Source of the DNA: an uncultured Aliarcobacter sp.
Lineage (GTDB): Bacteria; Campylobacterota; Campylobacteria; Campylobacterales; Arcobacteraceae
Length of the DNA stretch: 64,000 nt
Direction: 5' to 3'
NCBI GenBank assembly: GCA_963677435.1
Contig: OY781945.1
Coordinates: forward strand, 2,432,001-2,496,000
The notes under the pieces are model-generated. The model saw only the letters and a program-made list of their open reading frames with translations, made no database searches and was not told the DNA's origin. The translations under genes and the position numbers were made by a program. This document shows, in pieces, positions 40,332-51,423 of this stretch (positions are counted from its first letter, which is position 1; each line of letters begins with the position of its first letter).

Positions 40332-41753
40332 TTAATTATTTTCAGCTATATCTTGTAAAAATTTAATTGTCATTCTAACACCTGTTCCACTTGCTCCATG
40401 TGGATTATATCCCCAAGGTTTTTCTACAAAAGCAGGTCCCGCTATATCAAAGTGAATCCATTTTTCTTTGTTTTCTTCATAAATAAAGTTATCTAAAAAC
40501 ATTCCAGCTGTAATTGCTCCACCATATCTTGTACTTGCAATATTACAAATATCAGCAATTTCTGATTTAATAGCTTTTTTCAAATATCTATTAAAATCTA
40601 AACTTGTTGCATATTCACCAGATTTTAAAGCAGATAAAACAGCATTTCTTTTTAGTATTTCATTATTTCCCATAACTCCTGTTGTATATTCACCAACTCC
40701 AACAACACAAGCACCAGTTAGTGTTGCATAATCAAAAATATAATCAACATCTTTTATTTCATCTTGGGCATAACATAAACAATCAGCAAGAACAAGTCTT
40801 CCCTCTGCATCTGTATTTCGCACTTCAATAGTTTTACCATTTTTAGCTTTTAAAACATCATCAGGTTTATAAGCATTTCCACCAATCATATTTTCAACGG
40901 CTCCTACAATTCCATGAACTTCAAAAGGAAGCTCTAATTTTGCGATTGCCCAAAGCGTTGACATAACAGCACAACCACCTGATTTATCAGCTTTCATAGT
41001 AACCATAAAATCAGCAGGTTTTAAAGATAATCCTCCCGAATCATAAGTTAAACCTTTTCCAACTAAAACAATTTTAGCTTGTGGATTTTTAGGTTTGTAA
41101 GATAAATGAATAAGTTTTGATTCATGAATAGAAGCTCTTCCAACGCTAAGCATTGCATTCATTCCATTCTCTTTCAAGAATTTTTCACCCTCAATTTTAA
41201 CTTCAATATCTGCACTTTTTGCAAGTTTTTTTGCTATTTTTGCCATTACTTCAGGATAAAAATCAGCAGGTGGTGTATTTACCATATTTCTTGTTTTATT
41301 TACAGCTTTTGTGATTATTTTTGATTCATTTAATATTTGTTCTAATTTATCATTTTTATCGGATACTAAAATCTGAACTTCAATTTTCTTTTTGTTTTTT
41401 TCTGATTTGTAGTTTTCAAATTTGTATTCACCTAAAAACAAACCTTCAACTAAAGCTTTGAAATTATTCTGTAATACTTCAGTTAACTCTATTTTTACAT
41501 TTTCAAATTTTGTTGTTTGAAGTTTTTTAATTGCTGTTGCACTTGCAATTGCAATTGAGTCATAATCTTCTTCTTCATAACCTACATAAATCTTTTTTGA
41601 TTCTGCTAATAATACACAAGTTTCATCTTTTGCTTTAAACTCTAAAGTCTCTAAAAGCTCTTTATCAACTAAATTTTCAACATCTTTTACAAAAATAATT
41701 TCTATTTCTGAACTGTTTTTTTCTGCACTTTTATCAATCAAATTAATTTTCAT
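40332..41753 (-). CDS. pepA: Leucyl aminopeptidase (M17)
   Basis: VGKGLTYDSGG, NTDAEGRL, ATLTGAC, HFDIAG. Confidence 0.96.
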   Translation of the reverse strand: MKINLIDKSAEKNSSEIEIIFVKDVENLVDKELLETLEFKAKDETCVLLAESKKIYVGYEEEDYDSIAIASATAIKKLQTTKFENVKIELTEVLQNNFKALVEGLFLGEYKFENYKSEKNKKKIEVQILVSDKNDKLEQILNESKIITKAVNKTRNMVNTPPADFYPEVMAKIAKKLAKSADIEVKIEGEKFLKENGMNAMLSVGRASIHESKLIHLSYKPKNPQAKIVLVGKGLTYDSGGLSLKPADFMVTMKADKSGGCAVMSTLWAIAKLELPFEVHGIVGAVENMIGGNAYKPDDVLKAKNGKTIEVRNTDAEGRLVLADCLCYAQDEIKDVDYIFDYATLTGACVVGVGEYTTGVMGNNEILKRNAVLSALKSGEYATSLDFNRYLKKAIKSEIADICNIASTRYGGAITAGMFLDNFIYEENKEKWIHFDIAGPAFVEKPWGYNPHGASGTGVRMTIKFLQDIAENN

Positions 41754-42444
41754 TTTTACTTCCTTTTTCTACTTTTTTTGTAGCTTTGTTAAAATAATAT
41801 ACGATACTTCCACCTAAAACTAAAGCAATTGAAATAGCTAAATACCAATGCTCTTTAGCCCATTCAAGAACAACTAAAATTTCATCTCCAAAATACCAAA
41901 CAGGAACAATTGTTAAAGCTGCCCAAAACCAAGCTGATAGAAGATTTATAAAAGCAAACATTCTTGCACTATATCTTGTTAGACCTATAGAAATTGGTAT
42001 AATTGTTCTCATTCCATACATATATCTTTGAGCAAAAATTATTGGCCAGCCATACTTTTTCAAAAGTAAATGAGCAAAGGCAAATTTTCTTCTTTGACCT
42101 TTAAATTTTTTGTGAACATAAGACTTGTTAAATCTTCCAATATAAAAATATACTTGATCTCCAGCAAATCCACCAAGACCTGCTACAAATATTGCTATAT
42201 AAAGATTCATATCCCCTGCATGAGATAATAATCCAGCCATTATAAGACCAGCTTCACCTTCTAGCATACCCCAAATAAATAATATTATATAGCCATATTT
42301 TTTCAGTAAATAAACAAACTTTTCTTCAACTCCAACTACTGGCGCTTGATATAAATTATACGCTAAAAATATAAAAAATATAATTATAAAAACTGCTAAT
42401 ATTTTCCCAAAATGAGGCTGAATTTTCCTAAAAAGATCTTTCAC
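41743..42444 (-). CDS. DedA family membrane protein
   Basis: LEGE, GDQVYFYIGR, QRYMYGMRT. Confidence 0.9.
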   Translation of the reverse strand: MKDLFRKIQPHFGKILAVFIIIFFIFLAYNLYQAPVVGVEEKFVYLLKKYGYIILFIWGMLEGEAGLIMAGLLSHAGDMNLYIAIFVAGLGGFAGDQVYFYIGRFNKSYVHKKFKGQRRKFAFAHLLLKKYGWPIIFAQRYMYGMRTIIPISIGLTRYSARMFAFINLLSAWFWAALTIVPVWYFGDEILVVLEWAKEHWYLAISIALVLGGSIVYYFNKATKKVEKGSKNEN

Positions 42445-42452
42445 AATGCCCC

Positions 42453-43661
42453 TTATTCAAAATTTAACAAACTCTTTGCTTGTACCATATCTTTATCGCC
42501 ACGCCCTGACAGACTTACAACTACAATTTTATCTTTAAACTTATCTTTTGCCTTTTTTAAATATGCAATTGCATGGGCTGATTCAAAAGCAGGAATAATT
42601 CCTTCACTTCTACTAAGCCACACAAAAGCATCTAAAGCTTCTTTATCTGTAATTGAATCATATTGAACTGATTTATTATCTTTATGAAAAGAGTGTTCAG
42701 GTCCAATTCCTGGATAATCAAGTCCTGCACTAAATGAATGAGCTTCTAAGACCTGCCCATCTTCATCTTGAAGTAAATATGAACATTGTCCATGTAAAAC
42801 TCCAGGTGTTCCTTTTTCTAGAGAACAACCATGTTTATCAGTATCAAGACCTAAACCACCAGCTTCAATTCCAATACAAGTTACTTCTTTATCTTCTAAA
42901 AAGTGTGAAAACATTCCAATAGCATTAGATCCACCACCAATACATGCAAGTACATAATCAGGTAATCTTCCCTCTTTTTCAAGAATTTGTTTTCTTGATT
43001 CAAAACCAATAACCGCTTGGAAGTCACGAACCATCATAGGATATGGGTGAGGACCTGCAACTGTACCAATTATATAAAAAGTATCTCTTGCGTTTGTAAC
43101 CCAGTATCTAATGGCATCATTCATTGCATCTTTTAATGTTTTACTTCCACTTTGAACGGCAATTACTTTTGCTCCTAAAAGTTTCATTCTAAATACATTT
43201 AATTCTTGTCTCTCAACATCTTTTGCACCCATAAAAATAGTACATTCAAGTCCCATAAGAGCAGCAATTGTTGCAGTTGCAACCCCATGTTGACCAGCAC
43301 CTGTTTCTGCAATTACTTTTGTTTTACCAAGTTTTTTTGCAAGTAAACCTTGAGCTATTACATTATTTACTTTATGGGCACCAGTATGATTTAAATCTTC
43401 TCTTTTTAAATATACTTTTGCACCAATTTCATCACTTACATTTTTTGCAAAATATAAAGGATTTTCTCGTCCTACATAATCTTTTAATAAATAATTAACT
43501 TCTGCCCAAAATTCTTTATCAAATCTATATTTTTTATATTCAGCTTCTAATTCTTTTAAAATTGGCATTAAAGTTTCAGGAACATATTGTCCTCCGAAAA
43601 TACCAAATTGACCTTTCTCATCTGGATCGTATATACTTGGTTTTGGAATATAATTACTCAT
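42453..43661 (-). CDS. trpB: Tryptophan synthase beta chain
   Basis: [37 protein letters not shown]. Confidence 0.98.
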   Translation of the reverse strand: MSNYIPKPSIYDPDEKGQFGIFGGQYVPETLMPILKELEAEYKKYRFDKEFWAEVNYLLKDYVGRENPLYFAKNVSDEIGAKVYLKREDLNHTGAHKVNNVIAQGLLAKKLGKTKVIAETGAGQHGVATATIAALMGLECTIFMGAKDVERQELNVFRMKLLGAKVIAVQSGSKTLKDAMNDAIRYWVTNARDTFYIIGTVAGPHPYPMMVRDFQAVIGFESRKQILEKEGRLPDYVLACIGGGSNAIGMFSHFLEDKEVTCIGIEAGGLGLDTDKHGCSLEKGTPGVLHGQCSYLLQDEDGQVLEAHSFSAGLDYPGIGPEHSFHKDNKSVQYDSITDKEALDAFVWLSRSEGIIPAFESAHAIAYLKKAKDKFKDKIVVVSLSGRGDKDMVQAKSLLNFE

Positions 43662-43684
43662 TTATTTCTCTTTTTATTAAATTA

Positions 43685-44242
43685 TTAAATTTCTAACACC
43701 GAATAAACTGGCACAATATCTCTAAGTTTTTTTGCACCATCTAATATTTGTATATTCATTAAAAAACACACTTCTACTAAATTTACATCTAATTTTTTAA
43801 TTAATGTAGCAGCTGCATTTGCAGTTCCACCACTAACAATAATATCATCTATTAATAAAACATTTACATTTTTCTCATTATTAAAAGCATCAAGGTGAAT
43901 TTCTACTTCATCAAAACCATATTCTAGTTCATATTTTTCACATACAGTTGTACTTGGAAGTTTACCTTTTTTTCTAACAGGAACAAAACCAACACCCAAT
44001 CTATCAGCAAGTGCTGCACCAAAAATAAAACCTCTTGAGTCAATTCCTGCGACATAATCTAAATTGTAAGATTTATATCTTTGTTCTAAATGGCTCATTA
44101 AAAGCTTGAATGCTTCTTTATTATTTAATAAAGTTGTAATATCTTTAAAAACTATTCCATGCTTTGGAAAATCATTAACACTTCTTATTGAATCTAGTAA
44201 TATCTTTTTATCTTTTTCATTTAATATTATATTTTCACTCAA
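43685..44242 (-). CDS. apt: Adenine phosphoribosyltransferase
   Basis: [34 protein letters not shown]. Confidence 0.96.
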   Translation of the reverse strand: MSENIILNEKDKKILLDSIRSVNDFPKHGIVFKDITTLLNNKEAFKLLMSHLEQRYKSYNLDYVAGIDSRGFIFGAALADRLGVGFVPVRKKGKLPSTTVCEKYELEYGFDEVEIHLDAFNNEKNVNVLLIDDIIVSGGTANAAATLIKKLDVNLVEVCFLMNIQILDGAKKLRDIVPVYSVLEI

Positions 44243-44376
44243 TTAAAATCCTTTTATACTCACTACTTTGTGAAAAGTTTTTTATTCTACCTAAATATTT
44301 ATTATTGTTTTATGATGTTTTTTAAATATTTAAGAATATATTAAATATAATATTTTAAATTATTATATGGATTAAA

Positions 44377-45180
44377 ATGAAACTACTATTACTTTTATTT
44401 CTATTTCTAAACTTACATTCTCAAGAACTTCAAAAAGCAAAAATATATGATAAATTAATACATAAAATAAACAACTGGTATATGAGTGAAAAACTTGACG
44501 GGATTAGAGCATATTGGAATGGTAAAGAGCTTTTAAGTAAAAATGGCAATAAAATTTATACTCCAGATTGGTTTATAAAAGATTTTCCAGATTTTGAGCT
44601 TGATGGTGAATTATGGACAAAAAGGGATGATTTTGAGAATATTCAAGCAATTGTTTTGGATAAAAATCCATCGAAGAAGTGGCAAGAGATAACTTATAAT
44701 ATCTTTGAAGTTCCAAATGCAAAAGGAGATTTTGATAAAAGATTAGAAAAAATAAGAAATTATTTAGATAAAAAACCAAATAAATTTATAAAAATAATTC
44801 CTCAAATAATCTTTAAAAATGATGCTCAACTAAATGATTATTTAAAAAAACTTATTGATGAAAAAGCTGAGGGATTGATGTTAAAAAATCCAAAATTAGA
44901 ATATTTTAGAGGTAGAAGTGAAAATATTTTGAAGGTTAAAAAATTTTATGATGATGAAGCTTTAGTTATTGGTTTAAATTATTCAAAAACAAATGACTTT
45001 AAAAGTTTAAAAGTAAAATTAAAAAATGGAATTATTTTTAATTTAGGAGGAGGTTTTTCAGATATACAAAGGGAAAATCCTCCAAAAATTGGAGATATTG
45101 TAACTTTTAAATATTATGATTTAACAAAAAACTCTAAACCAAAATTTGCCTCTTTTTTACGAATTAGAAAAAAAGAATAA
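44377..45180 (+). CDS. Minimal ATP-dependent DNA ligase with signal peptide (LigE type)
   Basis: MKLLLLLFLFLNLHS leader; SEKLDGIRA (KxDG), DGELW, EGLML, PKFASFLRIR. Confidence 0.9.
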   Translation: MKLLLLLFLFLNLHSQELQKAKIYDKLIHKINNWYMSEKLDGIRAYWNGKELLSKNGNKIYTPDWFIKDFPDFELDGELWTKRDDFENIQAIVLDKNPSKKWQEITYNIFEVPNAKGDFDKRLEKIRNYLDKKPNKFIKIIPQIIFKNDAQLNDYLKKLIDEKAEGLMLKNPKLEYFRGRSENILKVKKFYDDEALVIGLNYSKTNDFKSLKVKLKNGIIFNLGGGFSDIQRENPPKIGDIVTFKYYDLTKNSKPKFASFLRIRKKE

Positions 45181-45184
45181 AGAT

Positions 45185-45583
45185 TTAGTAAAGTTCATAA
45201 GAAGAGGTGAAAATGCCTGCATCTCTAATTTTTTTACAAATTGTTGTATCTTTTGTTGAATCAACAGTGAGTTCAATTCTTTTATCACTACTATCTGAAG
45301 TTTTTATTTCAAGACTTAAGCAACTGTTTTTATCAACTAATGTTGTATCTGTTTGGGTCCAGTTGGTATCATTTACACTTAAAGCATCACTTATTTTATC
45401 GATTTTTTGATTTAGTAAATAATAACTTTGAATTGAAGTAACTGCTGTATTTAAATCTCTTTTTATAGTTGAAACTAAGGCTGTGTCTTTTGTATCAATA
45501 TATTTTGGAATTGCAAAGGATGCCACAATTCCTAAAATTACAATTGCAAAAATAAGTTCTAAAAGTGAAAATGCTGACTTCAT
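45185..45583 (-). CDS. Prepilin-type (pseudopilin) protein
   Basis: MKSA/FSLLELIFAIVILGIVASFAIPKY class III signal. Confidence 0.88.
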   Translation of the reverse strand: MKSAFSLLELIFAIVILGIVASFAIPKYIDTKDTALVSTIKRDLNTAVTSIQSYYLLNQKIDKISDALSVNDTNWTQTDTTLVDKNSCLSLEIKTSDSSDKRIELTVDSTKDTTICKKIRDAGIFTSSYELY

Positions 45584-45642
45584 AATAATCCTTAAAAAAT
45601 AATTTTAAAGATTATAATAAGTTATTTCTTATAATAAGATAA

Positions 45643-47385
45643 TTAGTTATTTAATTTATGAATAAATTCGGGAACAATCTCTTTTAATTTTGAAATTTTA
45701 TCTTCACATACTAATAATTCTTGAATTTTTTTATTTAGTTCATCAATATCAAAATAAGTTGAATTTGCAACTGTTATTGATTCGTAATCTGTTCTTTTGT
45801 CACTTTCATTTATTAAAAGCTCTTCATAAAGTTTTTCACCACATCTTAATCCACAATATTCTATTTTAATATTTTCTTTACCTGATAACTCAATCATTTT
45901 TTTTGCTAAATCAACGATTTTAATAGGCTCACCCATATCTAAAATAAATATTTCTCCACCTTTTCCAATACTTGCAGCTTGAAGAACTAATTCACAAGCT
46001 TCAGGGATTAACATAAAATATCTTGTAATATCTGGATGTGTAACAGTTATTGGGCCACCTGCTTCTATTTGAGCTTTAAATTTAGGAATTACACTTCCAC
46101 TACTTCCTAAAACATTTCCAAATCTAACTGCAACTATTTCAGTTGTGTTACTTTTTACATTTTGAGTATACAATTCACAAATTCTTTTTGTTGTTCCCAT
46201 TACATTTGTAGGCCGAACTGCTTTATCTGTTGAAATTAATACAAATTTTTCAACGCCATGTTTTATTGAAATATCTATACAGTTTTTTGTACCTATAATA
46301 TTATTAGAAATACCCTCTAAAATGTTATCTTCAACTAAAGGTACATGTTTATATGCAGCTGCGTGTATTACTATTTGTGGTTTATATTTTGAAAATGTGT
46401 TTTCTAAAAAATCAAAATTTCTAACTGTTTGCATTACAGGGATTACATCATCACCTTTTAACTCTTCCATAATAGAATAAAGATTAAATTCACTGTGATC
46501 CAAAAGTATTAATTGTTTTGCACCAAAAAGTTTACATTGTCTACTTATTTCACTTCCAATACTTCCACCTGCACCTGTGATTAAAACAACTTTATTTTTT
46601 ATGAAATTCTCTATTTGTTTTTTATCTAAATCTTTTGGATGACGAGCAAGTAAATCTTCTACTGAGATATCTTTTAACTGTTTTGTAAACTCTTCTTTTC
46701 TTAATATTTTTTCAATTGTTGGTAATATTTTAATAGTCGCAAAATAATTTTGCATATTTTCATAAACTAATTTTATTTGCTCTTTTGTTGCTGATGGAAT
46801 TGCAACTACCATCATATCAAACCTTTGTCCTTCAAATAAACTACAATATTTATCTTGTGAATATATTGAAATACCATCAATACTTCTATGATGTAAAATT
46901 TCATCATCATCAATAAAACATACAAGATGATATTCACTATTTAAAAATTCTCTTTGTAATTGAAGTCCTGCTTTCCCAGCTCCATAAATAACCAATTTTT
47001 TTGTTTTTTTGTTTTTTCCAACAGCATGATAATACTTGTAAACATACACTAAAATATTCACAGCAAAAGTATAAAATATCAAATCAATAAACATAAGATT
47101 AAAATATATTTTAAATCCATAATATAAAATAGGCATATAAATTAAAAAACTTATAATTGCCAATATTACTTTCATAAGTCCAGTTTTTGTAGATGCTTTG
47201 GACCATGAAAGTTTATAATCATCAAAAAATAAAAAAGAACAAATAACTCTTGTAAAAAGTATAACACTCAAAGCAATAATAGAAAACTCTTTTTCTAATA
47301 AGACTGTTACCAGTAAAAAAGAAAAAGCTGATATTACTAATGTTGCTATTATTCCTAAAAATCTTTTGTCTTGTAAATAATTCAT
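45643..47385 (-). CDS. Membrane UDP-GlcNAc 4,6-dehydratase (PglF/WbpM/CapD family)
   Basis: Four TM segments, ITGAGGSIG, HAAAYKHVP, STDKAV, RFGNVLGSSGSV, GEKLYEEL. Confidence 0.93.
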   Translation of the reverse strand: MNYLQDKRFLGIIATLVISAFSFLLVTVLLEKEFSIIALSVILFTRVICSFLFFDDYKLSWSKASTKTGLMKVILAIISFLIYMPILYYGFKIYFNLMFIDLIFYTFAVNILVYVYKYYHAVGKNKKTKKLVIYGAGKAGLQLQREFLNSEYHLVCFIDDDEILHHRSIDGISIYSQDKYCSLFEGQRFDMMVVAIPSATKEQIKLVYENMQNYFATIKILPTIEKILRKEEFTKQLKDISVEDLLARHPKDLDKKQIENFIKNKVVLITGAGGSIGSEISRQCKLFGAKQLILLDHSEFNLYSIMEELKGDDVIPVMQTVRNFDFLENTFSKYKPQIVIHAAAYKHVPLVEDNILEGISNNIIGTKNCIDISIKHGVEKFVLISTDKAVRPTNVMGTTKRICELYTQNVKSNTTEIVAVRFGNVLGSSGSVIPKFKAQIEAGGPITVTHPDITRYFMLIPEACELVLQAASIGKGGEIFILDMGEPIKIVDLAKKMIELSGKENIKIEYCGLRCGEKLYEELLINESDKRTDYESITVANSTYFDIDELNKKIQELLVCEDKISKLKEIVPEFIHKLNN

Positions 47386-47422
47386 AAAAACCTTTTTAAT
47401 AATAATTTAATATCTTTGAAAT

Positions 47423-48385
47423 TTATTCAAATCTTTTTTTACTATCAATAAACTTCATAACTAAAATAAGAAATATTAAAGCAAACATAAAAGCAATAAA
47501 AATATTTGACACAAAATAAACGATACAAAATAATACTATATTCAATAATATTGAATAATTTGTCACTTTATAGTGACTCCATCCAACTTGAGATAGTCTT
47601 TGATATGCATGTTTTTTGTGTGCTTGAGATAATTTTTCTTTATTTAATTTTCTTCTTATCAAAGTCAAAGTTGCATCAAACCAATAAACACTAAATAAGA
47701 TAATCCAAATCCAGAAATTTGTAGCTTCTTGATTTGCATAATAAATAGTAAAAATTGCTATATTATATCCTAAAAGTGTGCTTCCAACATCTCCCATAAA
47801 TATCTTTGCAATGTTGAAATTCCAATATAAAAATCCTAAAACTGCAACAATTAAAACTAAAAAATGGTTTCCACCAAATAAAATAAATCCAGCAAGTGCT
47901 AAAAATATAGCTTCACTTCCAGCATATCCATTTATTCCATCAAGAAAATTATAAAGATTTATAAACCAAATAATCATAAAAAATGCAAAAATATTTGTAA
48001 AAATTGGATTTTGAATATCAAAAATACCAAAGGTTAAAATATCAAATCCACCTAAACAATAAAGTCCAACAATTGCAACTATAGCTTGTATGCTAAGTCT
48101 GAGTTTTGGGCTTAATTCATATATATCATCAAAAAAACTCACAATTGAAATAATAAAACCAAAAAGTAAAGCATAAAAAAGATTAGTTTCTATTTGAGCT
48201 GTAAAATACAGATAAACCAATCCTATAAACCAAGTAATTGCAATAGCAATTCCTCCACCATGAGGAGTAGGATTCGTATGAGAACTTCTCTCATTTACTT
48301 GGGCAATTAATGATTTTTTTATTGCATAGTTTTTTATGAAGTATGTTAGTGAAAATGATATTAGTAAAAGTACTAAATAAATCAA
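47423..48385 (-). CDS. Initiating phosphoglycosyltransferase (WbpL/WecA, MraY family)
   Basis: RSSH..PTPHGGG, FFDD, NLYNFLDGING, FMGDVGS, HAYQRL. Confidence 0.92.
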   Translation of the reverse strand: MIYLVLLLISFSLTYFIKNYAIKKSLIAQVNERSSHTNPTPHGGGIAIAITWFIGLVYLYFTAQIETNLFYALLFGFIISIVSFFDDIYELSPKLRLSIQAIVAIVGLYCLGGFDILTFGIFDIQNPIFTNIFAFFMIIWFINLYNFLDGINGYAGSEAIFLALAGFILFGGNHFLVLIVAVLGFLYWNFNIAKIFMGDVGSTLLGYNIAIFTIYYANQEATNFWIWIILFSVYWFDATLTLIRRKLNKEKLSQAHKKHAYQRLSQVGWSHYKVTNYSILLNIVLFCIVYFVSNIFIAFMFALIFLILVMKFIDSKKRFE

Positions 48386-49239
48386 ATGCTTTCTCCTTTT
48401 ATCATTAATCTTATCCCTTCTTCTACACTATAAGGATTTTTTAGATTTAACTTCTCTTTTGTAAGACTATTATCTATTTCTAAACTTCCATAAAGTCTTT
48501 TATGAAATGATGGTTTTAATATTTTTAATAAACTTTCAAAAAATGGTATTTTTAAAAGATATATCTTTTTATCAAGATTTTTTGCCATAAGTTCAATAAG
48601 TTTTGAAGTACTAAGAGGTTCATCATCGCTAGCTAGAAATATTCCTGATTCTTGTTGAGTTATTACCTCATCTACAATATGACAAAGATTTTGTATAGAT
48701 ATAAAACTTCTTTTATTTTCTATTCTACATAGTGGAATAATAGGTATTTTTTTAACAAGCCTTACTAAACTATCTATATTGCCAGGAGCATTTTTACCAT
48801 AAATCATTGGTGGTCTTATTATAGTTACTGTAAAATTATTATCATTTAATTCTAATAATTGCTTTTCCGATTCTAACTTGCTTTTTCCATAGGGTGTAAT
48901 TGGATCACAAATTGTATTTTCATCTAATTTTTTTTCATCTTCAGCATAAACAGCAATAGTACTTATAAATACAAACTGCTTTACACCATTTTGTTTTGCT
49001 AATTTTGCTAATTTTACTGGATAATCTACATTTATCTCATAATATTTTTCATAAGGATGTTCTATCTTTTGATGTACGAGTGCAGCACAGTGTAATAATA
49101 TTTCTATGCTATCAAAATTTATATTTTCTAATTTTTGGGTTAATAGTGAAAATTTTTCAAATGAATATTTATTTTTGTATTGATTTAAAAAGCGACTTCC
49201 TAAATAACCATTTGCACCTGTTAATAAAATTTTATTCAT
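48382..49239 (-). CDS. NAD-dependent epimerase/4-reductase (WbpV/WbpK-like)
   Basis: LTGANGYLG, AALVHQ, YGKSK; adjacent to WbpL- and WbpM-like genes. Confidence 0.82.
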   Translation of the reverse strand: MNKILLTGANGYLGSRFLNQYKNKYSFEKFSLLTQKLENINFDSIEILLHCAALVHQKIEHPYEKYYEINVDYPVKLAKLAKQNGVKQFVFISTIAVYAEDEKKLDENTICDPITPYGKSKLESEKQLLELNDNNFTVTIIRPPMIYGKNAPGNIDSLVRLVKKIPIIPLCRIENKRSFISIQNLCHIVDEVITQQESGIFLASDDEPLSTSKLIELMAKNLDKKIYLLKIPFFESLLKILKPSFHKRLYGSLEIDNSLTKEKLNLKNPYSVEEGIRLMIKGESI

Positions 49240-50345
49240 TTTAATATTTCTTCAATAGTTTTTATATATTTATTTATTACTATTTTTTCATCAAAGAAAT
49301 TTATCATCTTCTCTCTTCCAGCTTTTCCCATAAAACTTCGCTCATTATCAGTCAAATTTAACATTTTTTCCATTTTTAAAGCTAAATTGACAGAATCTTT
49401 TATATTACAAAGAAATCCATTAATACCATCATCTACAACATCTTTACAACCTACATTATCAGTAGTTATTATTGCTTTCTCCATACTTGCACTTTCAAGA
49501 AGTATTCTTGGTGTTCCTTCTCTATAAAATGATGGTAGGACTACACAATCAGCTTTAGATATCTCTACTCTAACATCATCACTACTACCTAAATAATTTA
49601 CAAAACCATTTTTTACCCATATATCCATTTGCTCTTTTGATATTGCCGTTGGACTTTCTACATCGAGATAACCTAAAAGTTGAAATTCAACATTGTTATA
49701 TTTATTTTTTATAATTCCCGATGCTTCAACAAACTCTTGTATTCCTTTTGCCCAAAGCATTCTTGACACTAATAAAAATCTAAAAATTCCATCATCTTTT
49801 TTTTCTACTGGCAGAAATTTTTCAACATCTACACCACTTCCAGGAAGAATATCACATTTTTCTTTTTGAACTAAATTTTCATCTACAAACATTTTAAAAT
49901 CATCCTGATTTTGGAAAAATATTTTTGTAGCTCTTTTTTGTGAAAATTTATATAAGAATTTTGCTATTTTAGTAACAAAATTTTGTTTTATAAAAAGTGT
50001 TCCCAATCCTGCTATATTATTTATAGTTGGGATATTTAGCATACTTGCTGCTATTGTTCCATAGATGTTTGGTTTAATATTGTAATGCAATATTATATCT
50101 GGTTTAATATCTTTATAAACATTATAAAAGGCATATATAGTTTTTAAATCTTCAATAGGATTCATACCTTTTGAATTTATATATATATCTTTATATTCAA
50201 AATGCTCTTTTATATTTTCACTATATTTATCATAAGGAGAAATAAAAAGAACTTCATATCCTTCTTTTTGAAAAGCGAATCCAAGATTTGCTCTCATATT
50301 CCAAGCATACCATGAATCATTTACTACTATTGCTATTTTTTTCAT
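49236..50345 (-). CDS. Glycosyltransferase family 4
   Basis: IKPNIYG, PGSGVD, LPSFYREGTPR.LLE. Confidence 0.92.
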   Translation of the reverse strand: MKKIAIVVNDSWYAWNMRANLGFAFQKEGYEVLFISPYDKYSENIKEHFEYKDIYINSKGMNPIEDLKTIYAFYNVYKDIKPDIILHYNIKPNIYGTIAASMLNIPTINNIAGLGTLFIKQNFVTKIAKFLYKFSQKRATKIFFQNQDDFKMFVDENLVQKEKCDILPGSGVDVEKFLPVEKKDDGIFRFLLVSRMLWAKGIQEFVEASGIIKNKYNNVEFQLLGYLDVESPTAISKEQMDIWVKNGFVNYLGSSDDVRVEISKADCVVLPSFYREGTPRILLESASMEKAIITTDNVGCKDVVDDGINGFLCNIKDSVNLALKMEKMLNLTDNERSFMGKAGREKMINFFDEKIVINKYIKTIEEILK

Positions 50346-51423
50346 AATAATCTTTCTTTATAAATTTATTTCTTTTTGCTAAAAATATATAAAATATTAA
50401 TTCAATAAAAAATACATAATATCCTGCTCTATATCTTATTGCCGTTGAATAATTGGAAACACCAAAAGGATAGGATAGGATTAAAACACCTAGTACTATA
50501 AAAATAAATATTGAAATATTTAATGTATTTACTTTTATATTTATACTTTGCGTCATAATATAAAATATTATGACGCAAAGAGTCATACTTTCAAGATATA
50601 CAGGCAATATCTGTATTCTTTCTAGTGTTTCCATTAAAGAAGGACCTGTAAATCCTAAAAAAATACCCTCTGGTATTTTAAATAAAAAATCATAGTCATC
50701 TTGCCAAAATGGTTCTTGCCTAGTTGAGTTTCCTTCTAAAGAAAAATAAGCCGGTATATGATAAAAGATCCTATTTATTTCATCTCCAAATATTATTACT
50801 ATAGATATCCCTATTACAATAAAAAACATTATTAAGCTAATATCTCCATATTTTTTAATTCCTAATTTCCTTTTTATATATACAAATATAATAAAAATTA
50901 TAATAGGAACAATATATTGAGGTTTCATTAATAAACCAAAATATAATGCAATAAATTCTATTAAACTAAAAAAACGCATTTTATCTATAAAATCAATTAA
51001 GTATCCAAATAAAATTCCCATTACTAAAACTGAAATGGCTTCTTTTCCTGCAATTGAAGTCCAAATAGAAAAAGATGGGAAAGATAATATAATTAATAAC
51101 AAAATTAAATCTTTTTTTGCTAAATCCATTTTGTTTACTGAATAATATATACCGTAAAAGGAAATATACATAAATATTATACTTGTTAGTAATTCACCAA
51201 AACACATATACAATATATGACTAATAGTCCCAACAAATGCTGTTGAACTTATAAACATATTTGAAGGTGCAAAATGATATCCATTAAGATAAGATTGCAT
51301 GTCACCTAACTGAACAATTTTTGAATATACAAATAATGTGAAAAAAACATACAACAATTTTATTATAAAAAAATAAAACCAAATTTTTTTAAATACAAAT
51401 GCTTTGTTTAAATTAATTTTCAT
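50317..51423 (-). CDS. Multi-pass membrane protein, probable Wzy polymerase
   Basis: About 9-10 hydrophobic segments, inside a Wzx-containing cluster; KE and RYR motifs. Confidence 0.65.
   Translation of the reverse strand: MKINLNKAFVFKKIWFYFFIIKLLYVFFTLFVYSKIVQLGDMQSYLNGYHFAPSNMFISSTAFVGTISHILYMCFGELLTSIIFMYISFYGIYYSVNKMDLAKKDLILLLIILSFPSFSIWTSIAGKEAISVLVMGILFGYLIDFIDKMRFFSLIEFIALYFGLLMKPQYIVPIIIFIIFVYIKRKLGIKKYGDISLIMFFIVIGISIVIIFGDEINRIFYHIPAYFSLEGNSTRQEPFWQDDYDFLFKIPEGIFLGFTGPSLMETLERIQILPVYLESMTLCVIIFYIMTQSINIKVNTLNISIFIFIVLGVLILSYPFGVSNYSTAIRYRAGYYVFFIELIFYIFLAKRNKFIKKDYYEKNSNSSK

Noticed and set aside
45643..47385. PglF-like gene as marker of an N-glycosylation (pgl) locus
   Set aside because: No pglB, pglE, pglC or pglK in the window; neighbours are WbpL/WbpV-like with wzx, which fits O-antigen initiation
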